This document shows positions 27,977 through 37,498 of a DNA stretch of 64,000 nt, piece after piece. Source of the stretch: Roseibacillus sp. (lineage in GTDB: Bacteria; Verrucomicrobiota; Verrucomicrobiia; Verrucomicrobiales; Akkermansiaceae); NCBI GenBank assembly GCA_965242925.1, contig CBDEUM010000014.1:544001-608000 (forward strand). The letters are read 5' to 3'. The notes beneath the pieces were generated by a model that searched no databases, was not told where the DNA came from, and saw nothing but the letters and a program-made list of their open reading frames with translations. The stretch's first letter is position 1. Each line of letters starts with the position of its first letter. Position numbers and translations under genes: made by a program.

Positions 27977-29698
27977 TTACTTGGCTCCTCTCCGCACCGG
28001 ACGCATGGTCTTATCGAAGATGTCTCCATCCGCAGTCATCCCTTCATAGACGAATTGCCCGCCCGTCATGGTGACCTTGATGAGGTGCCTTACCGCCAGG
28101 GCCTTGGCCAGGTATGGGCGCTTCTTTTCCCAGTCCTTGGGAATACTGCGGGTCTTCACTCCCCAGGACCCGTCGCCCAGATAGAGCACGCCATCCTTGT
28201 CGTCGCGCTTACCCCCCACGATGGGATGGGTGCGCTTGTAGGTGTGGTGGTCGTTCTCAAAGACGCAGTCCACCTTGAACTGCTCGAAGAGCGGGGACCA
28301 TTCGCGCCGGATATCCGTCGCATCGTCCTTCACTCCCGTCCCCCAGGCCGGACGATGATAGCAGACGAATTGCCGGGGAATCCCCAGCCGGTTGCCGAGG
28401 ACCCGCCCGAGCCAATCGGTCTGGGCCGCAACATTCGCGGTATGGCCGGAATCGATCCCGACCACGCTGAGATAATTCCCGAAATCGACGGTGAACTGCG
28501 CCCCCTCCTCTTTGCCAAGGAAGAGGCTGTAGTAAAACGGCGCCTGGTCCCGGCCCGGCGCATTGGTGGGACGATACGAGGCGCCTTTCACCTCGTGATT
28601 GCCGATCGCCACGATCATGGGAAGGAGGCGCCCGTCGGGAGCCACCGCGCACTTGTGCCACGAGTCCAGCCAAGCGATCCAGCGGTCCCCCTTGGCTCCA
28701 TTGGCATAGGCCAGGTCCCCTCCCAGGAGAGCAAAGAGGGGGTCCTCCTTGCCCGCCCGCCGATTCATGGCATCCATCCATTCCCGGGTGGCATACATGT
28801 CGCCCCCCGTCACGAAGGTCGTACCTTCCTTGAAGCTGGCGGGAGCGGTTTCAAATTCCCATGTCCCGGTGGGGGCCCCCCAGCGGGCGATCTTGAACAC
28901 ATGGCGGGTTCCAGGCTCCAGATCCTGCAGGTCCGCGCTGAAGGCACGGTGCTCGGTCGTCCCGAACTTTCGTTCGCGCAGGTCCGCGAAGGTCCAGGCC
29001 CCGCCCGTCTTCGGCCGGTAGGCCAGTTGATAGCGCGGGGCCTCGACGCCTTCCTCCTTGACCCCCCCGACCCGGTTCCACCCCGCACGCGGGGTCCCGC
29101 CCGCAAGATAGGCCCACTGGGCACCTTCCCGCACGACGGGATGCAATTTGCCGTTGGCCCGGTAATCAATACGCGGCCGCAGGGTGAAATCGGAGCTGTC
29201 GATATTTTCGTTATGGCCCTCGATGGCAATCACTCCCTTGTGCCCTGCCACCGCCGGACCAAGTTTGAAGTATTCCCAGACCTCGGCCTCATGCTTCTTC
29301 ACCTTGCTGATGTCGGCACCGGCACCCTCCACCCCCTTGCGCAGGGCCTCCTTCCCATCAATATAGAGGATGAAAGCGTCATCGTAGCGGATCCCGATGG
29401 TGAGCTCCGCCCCCTTGGGCGCATTAGCGGGCACTTCATAAGGCCGCCGGATGTAGACCGACCGGTAGTTCTTGCGCATGCCCTTGAGCACCGTCTGGTC
29501 GTCGTCGTCCCCGTAACCAAACCCAGCCGCCCCGAGCTTCCACTCGCCGCGTTCGTCTTCTTTCTCCGCGGTGGCGACCCAGTGGATCGCCATCGTGGTG
29601 GTGGGATCCCGGTGCCACTCACAGATCGGCCCGTACTCTGCCGCGGACAGAACGCCCGGAAAAAGCGGGGCGAGGAGAAAAATGAGTAATCGGATCAC
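27977..29698 (-). CDS. Secreted purple-acid-phosphatase-like metallophosphoesterase with an inserted beta-sandwich domain
   Basis: Probable GTG start at 29698 with signal peptide; DPTTTMAIHW (PAP N-domain), TGGD, GGDLAYA, IGNHE, YHRP, ENDHH, LGDG. Confidence 0.85.
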   Translation of the reverse strand: MIRLLIFLLAPLFPGVLSAAEYGPICEWHRDPTTTMAIHWVATAEKEDERGEWKLGAAGFGYGDDDDQTVLKGMRKNYRSVYIRRPYEVPANAPKGAELTIGIRYDDAFILYIDGKEALRKGVEGAGADISKVKKHEAEVWEYFKLGPAVAGHKGVIAIEGHNENIDSSDFTLRPRIDYRANGKLHPVVREGAQWAYLAGGTPRAGWNRVGGVKEEGVEAPRYQLAYRPKTGGAWTFADLRERKFGTTEHRAFSADLQDLEPGTRHVFKIARWGAPTGTWEFETAPASFKEGTTFVTGGDMYATREWMDAMNRRAGKEDPLFALLGGDLAYANGAKGDRWIAWLDSWHKCAVAPDGRLLPMIVAIGNHEVKGASYRPTNAPGRDQAPFYYSLFLGKEEGAQFTVDFGNYLSVVGIDSGHTANVAAQTDWLGRVLGNRLGIPRQFVCYHRPAWGTGVKDDATDIRREWSPLFEQFKVDCVFENDHHTYKRTHPIVGGKRDDKDGVLYLGDGSWGVKTRSIPKDWEKKRPYLAKALAVRHLIKVTMTGGQFVYEGMTADGDIFDKTMRPVRRGAK

Positions 29699-29797
29699 GA
29701 ATTCGGGGGCGACCAGAAGACTCTCGGCCCATTTCAACCCCTTGGCAATGGCCTAAAGACAGGGCTCCAAAATTAGCAACAATTTGGCCCATCGAGT

Positions 29798-29825
29798 TTG
29801 CCCCGGAAAAAATCTCCCCTACTCT
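29798..29825 (+). promoter_or_regulatory. Putative sigma70-type promoter of selD (leaderless arrangement)
   Basis: TTGCCC-16 nt-TACTCT-6 nt-ATG(29832). Confidence 0.5.
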
Positions 29826-29831
29826 CCGGGC

Positions 29832-30881
29832 ATGTCCCGCGAAGAAATCAAACGCCTGACCGAGCTCTCCTCCTGTGCCGGCTGAGCCTCCAAGCTCGGC
29901 CAGGCCGACCTCGCGCAGGTCCTGCGCGGACTGACCCAGATCGAGGATGAATCCCTCCTGGTGGGAGCTGCCACCTCTGATGACGCCGCGGTTTACCGCC
30001 TCACCGACGAGCTCGCCATGGTGCAGACTCTCGACTTCTTCACCCCCATCGTGGACGACCCCTACACCTACGGCCAGATCGCGGCCGCAAACTCCCTCTC
30101 CGATGTCTACGCCATGGGTGGTCTCCCCGTCACCGCCATGAATATAGTGGGCGTCCCCCTCGAGCATCTCTCCCTTGAGGACGTCAACCAGATCCTGAAA
30201 GGCGGTGCCGACAAGGTGGCGGAAGCGGGCTGTGTCCTCGCAGGCGGGCACACCGTCCAGAATCCTGAGCCTCTCTATGGCCTTTCGGTAACCGGACTGG
30301 TCCATCCCGACCGCCTCATCACTAACGCAGGTGCTGCGGTGGGCGACATCCTCGTCCTCACCAAGCCGCTGGGCACCGGCATTCTCTCTACCGCCACCAA
30401 ACGGGGCATCGAGATCGGCGATCTGGCCCATCGCTCGGTCAGTTTGATGGCCACCCTTAACACCCCCGGGGCCGGACTGGGAAGGGCCGGACTGGTCAAG
30501 GGCGGGACGGATGTCACCGGGTTCGGAATACTGGGACACCTCGGCGCCCTGGCCCGCGAAAGCAGGGTGACCGCCATCCTCCACAGCGGGCAGATCCCCG
30601 CCATCGATCCGCGCGTCCTTGAGCTCATCGAAGAAGGCTGTGTCCCGGGCGGCACCCGGGCCAATCTCAAGGCCGCCACCACCACCTCCTTCACGGAAGG
30701 CGTCCCGGAGTCAATGCGCCTGCTTCTCGCCGACGCCCAGACCAGCGGGGGCCTTCTCCTCGCCGTCTCGCCGACAAACCTCGACCAGGTCCTGGCCCTC
30801 CTCGGCGAGGAAGGCGCACCGTGCGCGGAGGTGATCGGGGAAATGAGCGAACCGGGACCGAACGCCATCGAAGTCCACTGA
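29832..30881 (+). CDS. selD: Selenide, water dikinase (selenophosphate synthetase), selenocysteine-containing
   Basis: From ATG 29832: MSREEIKRLTELSSCAG-U(TGA 29883-29885)-ASKLGQADL..., in frame with the 29961 ORF. Motifs SDDAAVY, TLDFFTPIVDDP, ANSLSDVYAMGG, GGHT, LTKPLGTG, TDVTGFG, DAQTSGGLL. Confidence 0.95.
29911..29929 (+). promoter_or_regulatory. Putative bacterial SECIS hairpin of selD
   Basis: CGCGCAG-GTC-CTGCGCG stem-loop whose loop lies about 33 nt after the UGA. The GCAGGTC core resembles the apex of the E. coli fdhF SECIS. Confidence 0.6.
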
Positions 30882-30934
30882 ACGCGGTGCAGCCCCCGCC
30901 TTGCCAAACCCGTTGCCGCCAGTCAATCTCGCGC

Positions 30935-33079
30935 GTGTCCCCGTCCGGACCAGTGCGCCTGCGGGTCGATGGCCGCTTTCTTGCCCTCGGCGATGATCGC
31001 ATCTTCCTGAAAGGCGTCACCTTCGGGCCGTTCCCCCCGGATGCAGAACTCGATCCCGTCGTCGAGTTTCCCCGGCTTGCCGAGTGTGGCTTCAATGCCA
31101 TCCGCCTCTACACCGGAGCGGACCAGCGCCTCCTCGACTGTGCGCATGAGAATGGGCTCCTCGTCCTGCTCGGACTGCCCTGGGAATGGAATCGCGACTT
31201 CCTTGCGGAACCCCGGCTGCGCACCGAGGGCGAGCTGCGGCTGCTCGAATTCCTGCAGGAGCACGGCTCCCATCCGGCTCTGGGGGCCCTTCTGGTGGCC
31301 AATGAAATCCCCTCCGATCTCGCCCGCTGGATGGGTCCGGCAAGAGTCCGGGAGGCTCTCGAGGATCTCATCGATCTCTGCCGTGGCACGTGCAGGGAGC
31401 TCCTCATTGCCTACGCCAACTATCCCAGCACCGAATACCTTGAGCCCCGCAATGCGGACTTCACCGCCTTCAACATCTACCTCGAGGACCGCGAGGCCCT
31501 GGGTCGCTACCTGTCCCGCCTGCAGAACATCGCGGGCGACCGCCCGGTGCTCATCACCGAATTCGGTCTCGATACCCTGCGCAACAGTGAAGAGGAACAG
31601 GCGGCCCTCCTCGACGCCCACCTCGACGAGTGCCTCGCTGCCGGGATGGCGGGCACCACTCTTTTCGCCTGGTCCGACCGCTGGGTCAGCCGAGGCCGTA
31701 CCATGGAGGACTGGGCCTTCGGCCTCACCCGCTGCGACCGGAGCGAGAAACCGATCCTGCCCATCCTCCGGGAGAGATTGCCGCCCTTGACCACCCACCG
31801 CGAGGCCCTGCCACTGACGCATGCTCCCCGGATCTCGGTGGTGGTCTGCACGCACAACGGCTCCGCGATCCTGGCCGACTGCCTGACCGCCTGCCGCGCC
31901 CTGGACTACCCCGACTTCGAGGTTCTCCTGGTCGACGACGGCTCCACGGACGCTACCGCCGAGGTGGTGGCCCGCTTCCCGGAGGTGCGCTACCTCCGGC
32001 AGGAGCACGGCGGCCTCTCGGTCGCCCGCAACCACGGCGCCCAGGAAACCACCGGAGAGCTGATCGCCTATACCGACGACGACTGCCAACCCGATCGTGA
32101 CTGGCTTTTCTGGATCGCCCGCGCCTTCGAAAATCCCCGAGCCGGGGCAGCCGGGGGCCCTAACCTCCCCCCGTCTCCCCCCGCACTGCAGGAGGCCATC
32201 GTGACCGCGGCCCCGGGAGCTCCTTCCCACATCCTCGTCGCGGATCTCCAGGCCGAGCACCTCCCCGGCTGCAATCTCGTCCTCCGGCGCAGCGCCCTGG
32301 AGGCCATTGGCGGGTTCCAGCCGCAGTTCGTCGCGGCCGGCGACGATGTCGACCTCTGCTGGCGCCTTCTCGATGGGGGTTGGGAGCTGGCCTTCGCCCC
32401 CTGCGCCTTCGTCTGGCATCGCCGACGCACCAGCATCGCGGGCTATCTCAAACAGCAATCCGGCTACGGCCGGGCAGAAGCCCTCCTCTTTGACGCTCAC
32501 CCGGGACGCTTCGACCGGGGCGGAATCGACTGGCGCGGCAGTGTCTACGGAGGCGGAGCGGTCAGTGCGGACGCCTCCTCGGTGATCTACTTCGGCTCGA
32601 TGGGACAGGCCGGCTATCAGGGGCTCGCGCAACACGCCATCTCGCGCCGCCTGCTGCACCGCGGATTCGACTCTCCGGTTGCGCGCTTCCTCCTCAAGGT
32701 CTGTGACCTCGCCCAACCTGTCGTCCGCTCCTTCAGCCGCTGGCGGCACGGGGGACCGGCCCCGCGCCTTCAACGTCCCGGGTCCACCGCAACCGAGGAC
32801 GAAAGCGGCGTGACCACCGAGGGCCGCTTCCTCGGGCCCCCGGAAGCCGGCCGTCACCAACTCCTTGCCGTGCTGTGCGCCGCCGGGTGGCGACCCTGCG
32901 GGGAGACCCGACCCTGGGATCTCGAATCGCAGCCTTACCGCCTGCTCACCGCCGACGAACAGCACGGCCCGGATCACACCATGGTGAAGGTGCGCCTCCT
33001 GCACCCTCCCGGCCTCCGCCGGGACGGAATCGGCCTCCTCACCACGGCCGCCCGGGAGGCCGGCCTCGAACCGGCCTAG
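30935..33079 (+). CDS. Fusion of a clan GH-A TIM-barrel glycoside hydrolase-like domain and a GT2 glycosyltransferase
   Basis: N-terminal FLKGVTFGPF, GFNAIRLY, ANEIP, ITEFG. GT2 motifs SVVVCTHNG, VDDGSTD, YTDDD, PGCN, GDDVD. Start is GTG 30935 (or 30887). Confidence 0.85.
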   Translation: MSPSGPVRLRVDGRFLALGDDRIFLKGVTFGPFPPDAELDPVVEFPRLAECGFNAIRLYTGADQRLLDCAHENGLLVLLGLPWEWNRDFLAEPRLRTEGELRLLEFLQEHGSHPALGALLVANEIPSDLARWMGPARVREALEDLIDLCRGTCRELLIAYANYPSTEYLEPRNADFTAFNIYLEDREALGRYLSRLQNIAGDRPVLITEFGLDTLRNSEEEQAALLDAHLDECLAAGMAGTTLFAWSDRWVSRGRTMEDWAFGLTRCDRSEKPILPILRERLPPLTTHREALPLTHAPRISVVVCTHNGSAILADCLTACRALDYPDFEVLLVDDGSTDATAEVVARFPEVRYLRQEHGGLSVARNHGAQETTGELIAYTDDDCQPDRDWLFWIARAFENPRAGAAGGPNLPPSPPALQEAIVTAAPGAPSHILVADLQAEHLPGCNLVLRRSALEAIGGFQPQFVAAGDDVDLCWRLLDGGWELAFAPCAFVWHRRRTSIAGYLKQQSGYGRAEALLFDAHPGRFDRGGIDWRGSVYGGGAVSADASSVIYFGSMGQAGYQGLAQHAISRRLLHRGFDSPVARFLLKVCDLAQPVVRSFSRWRHGGPAPRLQRPGSTATEDESGVTTEGRFLGPPEAGRHQLLAVLCAAGWRPCGETRPWDLESQPYRLLTADEQHGPDHTMVKVRLLHPPGLRRDGIGLLTTAAREAGLEPA

Positions 33080-33146
33080 ATACGGGTCCGAACTGGTCGG
33101 GCGATCGCCTCCTTTTTGACTGTGGTGAACCCCGGAATGGACAAAT

Positions 33147-34142
33147 ATGACCCCGATCCGCTTCCCCGCCGTGCGCACCGACGACTTCGACTACGAACTT
33201 CCTCCAGAGCTCATTGCCACCCACCCGCTGACGGAGCGGACGGCCTCACGCATGATGGTCATTGACCGGGAGCGGGGCACCATCGAGCACCGCCTCTTCT
33301 CCGGGCTCCCCACCTTCCTCCGGGACAACGACCTCCTGGTCTTCAACGACACGCGGGTCATCCCGGCCCGGTTCTTCTCCAACGACAAGCGAATAGAGCT
33401 CCTGCGGGTGGACCACTCCGACCTCCTCCACTGGCGCTGTCTCGTGCGCCCGGGCAAGCGCATGAAGATCGGGCGCACCGTGGAGGTCGGCCCCAGCACC
33501 GGCACGGTGACCGCAATCGACGAACTCGGCTACCGCCTGGTCTCCTGGGACCACCCGGTTGACGAGTCCGCCCACGGGGAGCTGGCCCTGCCTCCCTACA
33601 TGGAACGGGGCGAGGAAGCCTCGGATGCCGAGCGCTACCAGACCGTCTACGCCCGGCAGGACGGCGCGGTGGCCGCCCCCACCGCCGGGCTCCACTTCAC
33701 CCCGGAACTGATCGACTCCCTGCCCCACGCCTTCCTCACCCTGCACGTGGGCCCGGGCACCTTCCGTCCCGTGCAGGTCGACGATCCCGCCGAACACCGG
33801 ATGCACGACGAGGCCTACGAACTGAACGCCAACGCCGCGGACCGAATCACCCGGGCCGGGCGCGTCATTTCGGTGGGCACTACCGTCACCCGGGTCCTTG
33901 AGCACCTCGGTCGCGATGGTCCGATCTCTGCGGGTCAGGGGCGCACCGATATTTTCATCTACCCCCCCTACAAGTTTCGGGTCGTCGATGCCCTCCTCAC
34001 CAATTTCCACCTTCCGAAGAGCACCCTGCTCATGCTGGTGAGCGCCTTCGCAAACCGTGAACTGATCCTGGAGGCCTACGAGCAGGCGGTCCGGGAACGT
34101 TACCGGTTCTTTAGCTACGGCGACTGCATGTTGATTCTTTGA
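33147..34142 (+). CDS. queA: S-adenosylmethionine:tRNA ribosyltransferase-isomerase
   Basis: DFDYELPPELIA, NDTRVIPAR, LPPY, YQTVYA, AVAAPTAGLHFT, LHVGPGTF, TNFHLPKSTL, YRFFSYGD. Start may be GTG 33171. Confidence 0.97.
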   Translation: MTPIRFPAVRTDDFDYELPPELIATHPLTERTASRMMVIDRERGTIEHRLFSGLPTFLRDNDLLVFNDTRVIPARFFSNDKRIELLRVDHSDLLHWRCLVRPGKRMKIGRTVEVGPSTGTVTAIDELGYRLVSWDHPVDESAHGELALPPYMERGEEASDAERYQTVYARQDGAVAAPTAGLHFTPELIDSLPHAFLTLHVGPGTFRPVQVDDPAEHRMHDEAYELNANAADRITRAGRVISVGTTVTRVLEHLGRDGPISAGQGRTDIFIYPPYKFRVVDALLTNFHLPKSTLLMLVSAFANRELILEAYEQAVRERYRFFSYGDCMLIL

Positions 34143-34177
34143 GGTTTCAAGAGCGCCTGATTCGAACCGAGTTGCAT

Positions 34178-34291
34178 CGGATCGCATAGCACACCTAAAG
34201 CCCATATTAACTTTTGCGGTTAAGAGAGAAGGCCTCATCCGAGACGGATCGCAAAGCACACCTAAACTCCATTTTAACTTTTGCGTTTAAG
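34178..34291. repeat. Two imperfect 47-bp direct repeats (34178-34224 and 34245-34291)
   Basis: cggatcgcatagcacacctaaagcccatattaacttttgcggttaag vs cggatcgcaaagcacacctaaactccattttaacttttgcgtttaag: 42/47 identical, separated by 20 nt. Confidence 0.9.
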
Positions 34292-34338
34292 CGCAAGGGC
34301 CCGATTCCCCACGAGGCGCCCAAGGCCTTGGCTATTTC

Positions 34339-34893
34339 CTATTCCTCCGGAAGGCTCTCCTCCGGTCCGGCCTTTTCCTCCTGCCCTGCAGGATCTTCCG
34401 ATTGATCCAGGATTCGAATCCGGCACAGGGCGAAAAAGGAGAGGAGCGCCATGCCCACAATCGCCACCACCGCCGGGGTCATCCACGCTTTTGCCTCGAC
34501 GCCTATGGCGTAGAGGGCGCATACGGATCCGGCCGCCACGAGGAGGCCGAAAAAAAGAGACCCCGAGGTGGCTCTCCAGTTCATCTTCCACCCCATCATC
34601 ACACACCCGACGATGAACAGGGTAAACATCACCAGATACAGCAGTAGGAACAGGGGGAAGATGACGGCGATCGCGCCTTCCCCGACGATCAGGGCCACCG
34701 GGAACGCTCCCACGAAAAAAATCAGGAAGATGGTCGGCCAGCACCCGGTCCGAGCCGGGGTGTGGGGCCTCGGGGTCCCACAATGTTCACACGGCTCGAG
34801 ACTGGCCCCGATGAGCCCTTTATAGGAGGTCAGTTCCCCACATTTCTCGCAGGGCATTTCCTTGGGTACTTCCGGCGGTGTCCAAAGGCTCAT
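34339..34893 (-). CDS. Hypothetical membrane protein with an N-terminal zinc-ribbon-like CxxC...CxxC
   Basis: CEKC...CEHC followed by about four hydrophobic helices; purine-rich RBS-like sequence upstream. Confidence 0.65.
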   Translation of the reverse strand: MSLWTPPEVPKEMPCEKCGELTSYKGLIGASLEPCEHCGTPRPHTPARTGCWPTIFLIFFVGAFPVALIVGEGAIAVIFPLFLLLYLVMFTLFIVGCVMMGWKMNWRATSGSLFFGLLVAAGSVCALYAIGVEAKAWMTPAVVAIVGMALLSFFALCRIRILDQSEDPAGQEEKAGPEESLPEE

Positions 34894-35101
34894 GATCTTC
34901 CTCTTTTTGCTCCTGATACGATTAGAGCATCTCCTTTAACCTGGTGCGATTCTATATCGTGGCTGCTGGCCGGGCTGCGATCCTCCGGCCCTGCTCCCTC
35001 CCTCCGGGTTCCGGATTGGGATCCGCACGTTGATCCTACGCAGCACTCCCCCGAATTTGGCCTGTCCCCACCCGGCTTGCATGCTCTAGCGTTCGCCCGT
35101 C

Positions 35102-37402
35102 ATGAGAGTATCCTTCCATGTGCTGGCCTGCCTGATGCTCCCCGCCGGGACCACCGGAGCGGAGGAGATTCTTCTCCCTGCTGGAGGGAAGACGGAGTGG
35201 CACTACCTGGATGGCAAGGCCGCCCCGGGGGAGGACTGGGCCAAGCCCGGCTTCGACGACTCCGGATGGAAGAAGGGCAAGGCTCCCCTCGGCTACGGCA
35301 AGGACGGACTGGGAACGATCATCCGGTTTGGCGATGATCCCGGGAACAAGCCCCTCACCGCCTACTTCCGCAAGACCTTCAAGGTGGGCGCCAGGGAGAA
35401 ACACGACTTTGCGGCACTGGGCCTCCTCGCGACCTACGATGACGGCGTAGCGATCTACCTCAACGGCAAGGAGGTGGCCCGGGGCAACCTCGAGGCCGGG
35501 AAGCTGACCTCCCGGACTACCGCCACCCAAGCCATCCGGGAGAGCAGCGAACTGGTGACCAGAGTCCCGTCCACCACCCTGAAGTACGGGGCCGTCAACA
35601 CCATTGCGGTGGAGGTTCACCAGTCGGGGCCCACCAGCAGTGACCTCCACCTCGATCTCCAGCTCTCGGGACTGGCCAAGGGCGAGAAGCCGACCCTCGA
35701 CCCCTACCGCGAGGGAATGCGTGCCCTCCGCCGCGGCAATGCGGAGGAGGCGGCCCGCCTGCTGGCCCAGATGGCGCCGGACCATCCTGAGTATGCCCGC
35801 ACCATGGCGATGCTCGGGTGGCAGGTTTTCGCCGAGGGGCTCGGCCAACCGAAGCGCGGATTGCCCTTCGTAAAAAAAGCCTACGAGGTGGCGCCCACGG
35901 ACCGGCAGGTCGTGCGCTCCTACATCAAGACCCACGTCCTTTCCGGGGTGCTCTTCGACCCGGAATCCATCGCCCGGGAGCGGAGCAAGACGGTTGCCGC
36001 CGAGCACAAGTTCCTCGTCACCAAGCCGGAGCTGAGGGACTCGGAGCTCATCGCCCGCAAGGAGCTGGAGGAGGACCTCGACTACCTCGAGCACGTGCTG
36101 GTGAAATGCTTCTCCTACCTTGAGCTGAGACCGGTGGACTACCGCGGAGCCCTCGATGCGATCCGCGGAGCCCTCGGGGAAAAGACCTCCCTCAACCAGT
36201 TCCGCCTCCAGGTGGCCAAGTTGATCAGTCTCTTCTGCGACGGGCACGCCAGGCTCTCCATCCCTCATTCCGAATACATGCCCCGGGGCTATGCGCCCTA
36301 CGTGGCGGGGAATGACCAGAGCCGGATCTACCTCTGCGACGGGGAGGAGTTCCTCGATGACAAGTACCCCTATGTGAAGGCCATCGACGGGCGCCCGATC
36401 GCCGACTGGCTGGAGGTGGCCTCCTACGTGGTGGTCAAGGAGTCCCCCCAATGGAGGCTGCGACAGTCCCTCCGCATGCTGGCCAACGTCAACTACATCA
36501 GGGAGGAGCTCGCCCTCCCGCGCAAGGAGATCATCACCCTGGAGCTGGAGTCCCTGGACCAGAAGAGCACCCGGGAGATGGAGGTCAAAATTGCCCGACG
36601 CCCGAAAAGGGAAGTGGAGTTCCCGGACGGAGAGAGCCGCCGAATCGGGGAGGTCGGCTATATCCGGCTCCCGCAGATGACGGGGAGTTCCCGCTTTCTC
36701 GGGCAGCTGGACCGGTGGATGGACCGGTTCAAGGACACCACGGGAATGATCATCGACGTGCGGGGAAATCCCGGGGGATCCAAGGACATCCTGCTGACGC
36801 TCATGCCCTACTTCCTGAAACCGGGTGCCCCGATGCGCATCATCGAGTTCTCCGCCTACCGCAAACCGATGGAACTGCCCAAACCCATGCCGGACGGGTT
36901 CAACATGTCTGCCATGTCGGCCCAGCCCGTCACCTCCTCCCACTGGAAAACGGACGCCCAGCGCCGGCTCATCGGCGATGCCATCAAGGCTTTCCAGCCC
37001 ACCTGGCCGCTTCCGAAGGGAAAATTCAGCGACTTCTACGTCCTGGCCTTCGACTCGACCATGAACCCCAAGGCCTATTACTACGACAAGCCCCTCATCA
37101 TCCTGCAGGACAGTGGATCCTTCAGCGCCAGCGACATCTTCCTCGGCGGGTTCAAGGGGCTGCCCAACACCACCCTGATGGGAACGGCGAGCGGGGGAGG
37201 AAACGGATGGATGGAGAGCTACACCCTGCCCAACACCGAGCTTGAAGTGGTGCTGTGCCAGACCGCGAAGTTCCGGCCTACCGGGGAGCCTTACGACGGC
37301 CTCGGGGTGCCCCCGGACGTGATCATGGCGGCCACCCCGCAGGATCTCCTGGGAAAATCAGACACCGTTCTCGATGCCGCGGTGAAGCGCCTGAGCAGGT
37401 AA
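35102..37402 (+). CDS. Secreted S41-family peptidase with an N-terminal beta-sandwich and a TPR-like segment
   Basis: Signal peptide; DGHA, VGYIRLPQM, IIDVRGNPGG, SFSASDIF, GTASGGG, GLGVPPD. Confidence 0.85.
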   Translation: MRVSFHVLACLMLPAGTTGAEEILLPAGGKTEWHYLDGKAAPGEDWAKPGFDDSGWKKGKAPLGYGKDGLGTIIRFGDDPGNKPLTAYFRKTFKVGAREKHDFAALGLLATYDDGVAIYLNGKEVARGNLEAGKLTSRTTATQAIRESSELVTRVPSTTLKYGAVNTIAVEVHQSGPTSSDLHLDLQLSGLAKGEKPTLDPYREGMRALRRGNAEEAARLLAQMAPDHPEYARTMAMLGWQVFAEGLGQPKRGLPFVKKAYEVAPTDRQVVRSYIKTHVLSGVLFDPESIARERSKTVAAEHKFLVTKPELRDSELIARKELEEDLDYLEHVLVKCFSYLELRPVDYRGALDAIRGALGEKTSLNQFRLQVAKLISLFCDGHARLSIPHSEYMPRGYAPYVAGNDQSRIYLCDGEEFLDDKYPYVKAIDGRPIADWLEVASYVVVKESPQWRLRQSLRMLANVNYIREELALPRKEIITLELESLDQKSTREMEVKIARRPKREVEFPDGESRRIGEVGYIRLPQMTGSSRFLGQLDRWMDRFKDTTGMIIDVRGNPGGSKDILLTLMPYFLKPGAPMRIIEFSAYRKPMELPKPMPDGFNMSAMSAQPVTSSHWKTDAQRRLIGDAIKAFQPTWPLPKGKFSDFYVLAFDSTMNPKAYYYDKPLIILQDSGSFSASDIFLGGFKGLPNTTLMGTASGGGNGWMESYTLPNTELEVVLCQTAKFRPTGEPYDGLGVPPDVIMAATPQDLLGKSDTVLDAAVKRLSR

Positions 37403-37498
37403 GCCGTACAGCTGGGAGAGACGGTCGGGATAATCCCCACCCGGGCATGATGAACTTCCGGAGATGGGCCCGGGAAAAATAGTGCTAAACTACGTCGG

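Noticed and set aside
29883..29885. selD as a nonsense pseudogene
   Set aside because: The stop is TGA exactly at the catalytic Cys/Sec position, the rest of the gene is intact, and a SECIS-like hairpin follows.
30935..33079. Canonical selenoneine cluster (senABC)
   Set aside because: The glycosyltransferase is GT2 fused to a TIM barrel rather than SenB-like, and no senA/egtB homologue is in the window.
34178..34291. CRISPR array
   Set aside because: Only two imperfect copies, a 20-nt spacer, no clear palindrome and no cas genes.
27911..36943. Long opposite-strand ORFs (27911..29689, 30923..33178, 35036..36943)
   Set aside because: Mirror frames of well-supported genes; expected from high-GC codon bias.
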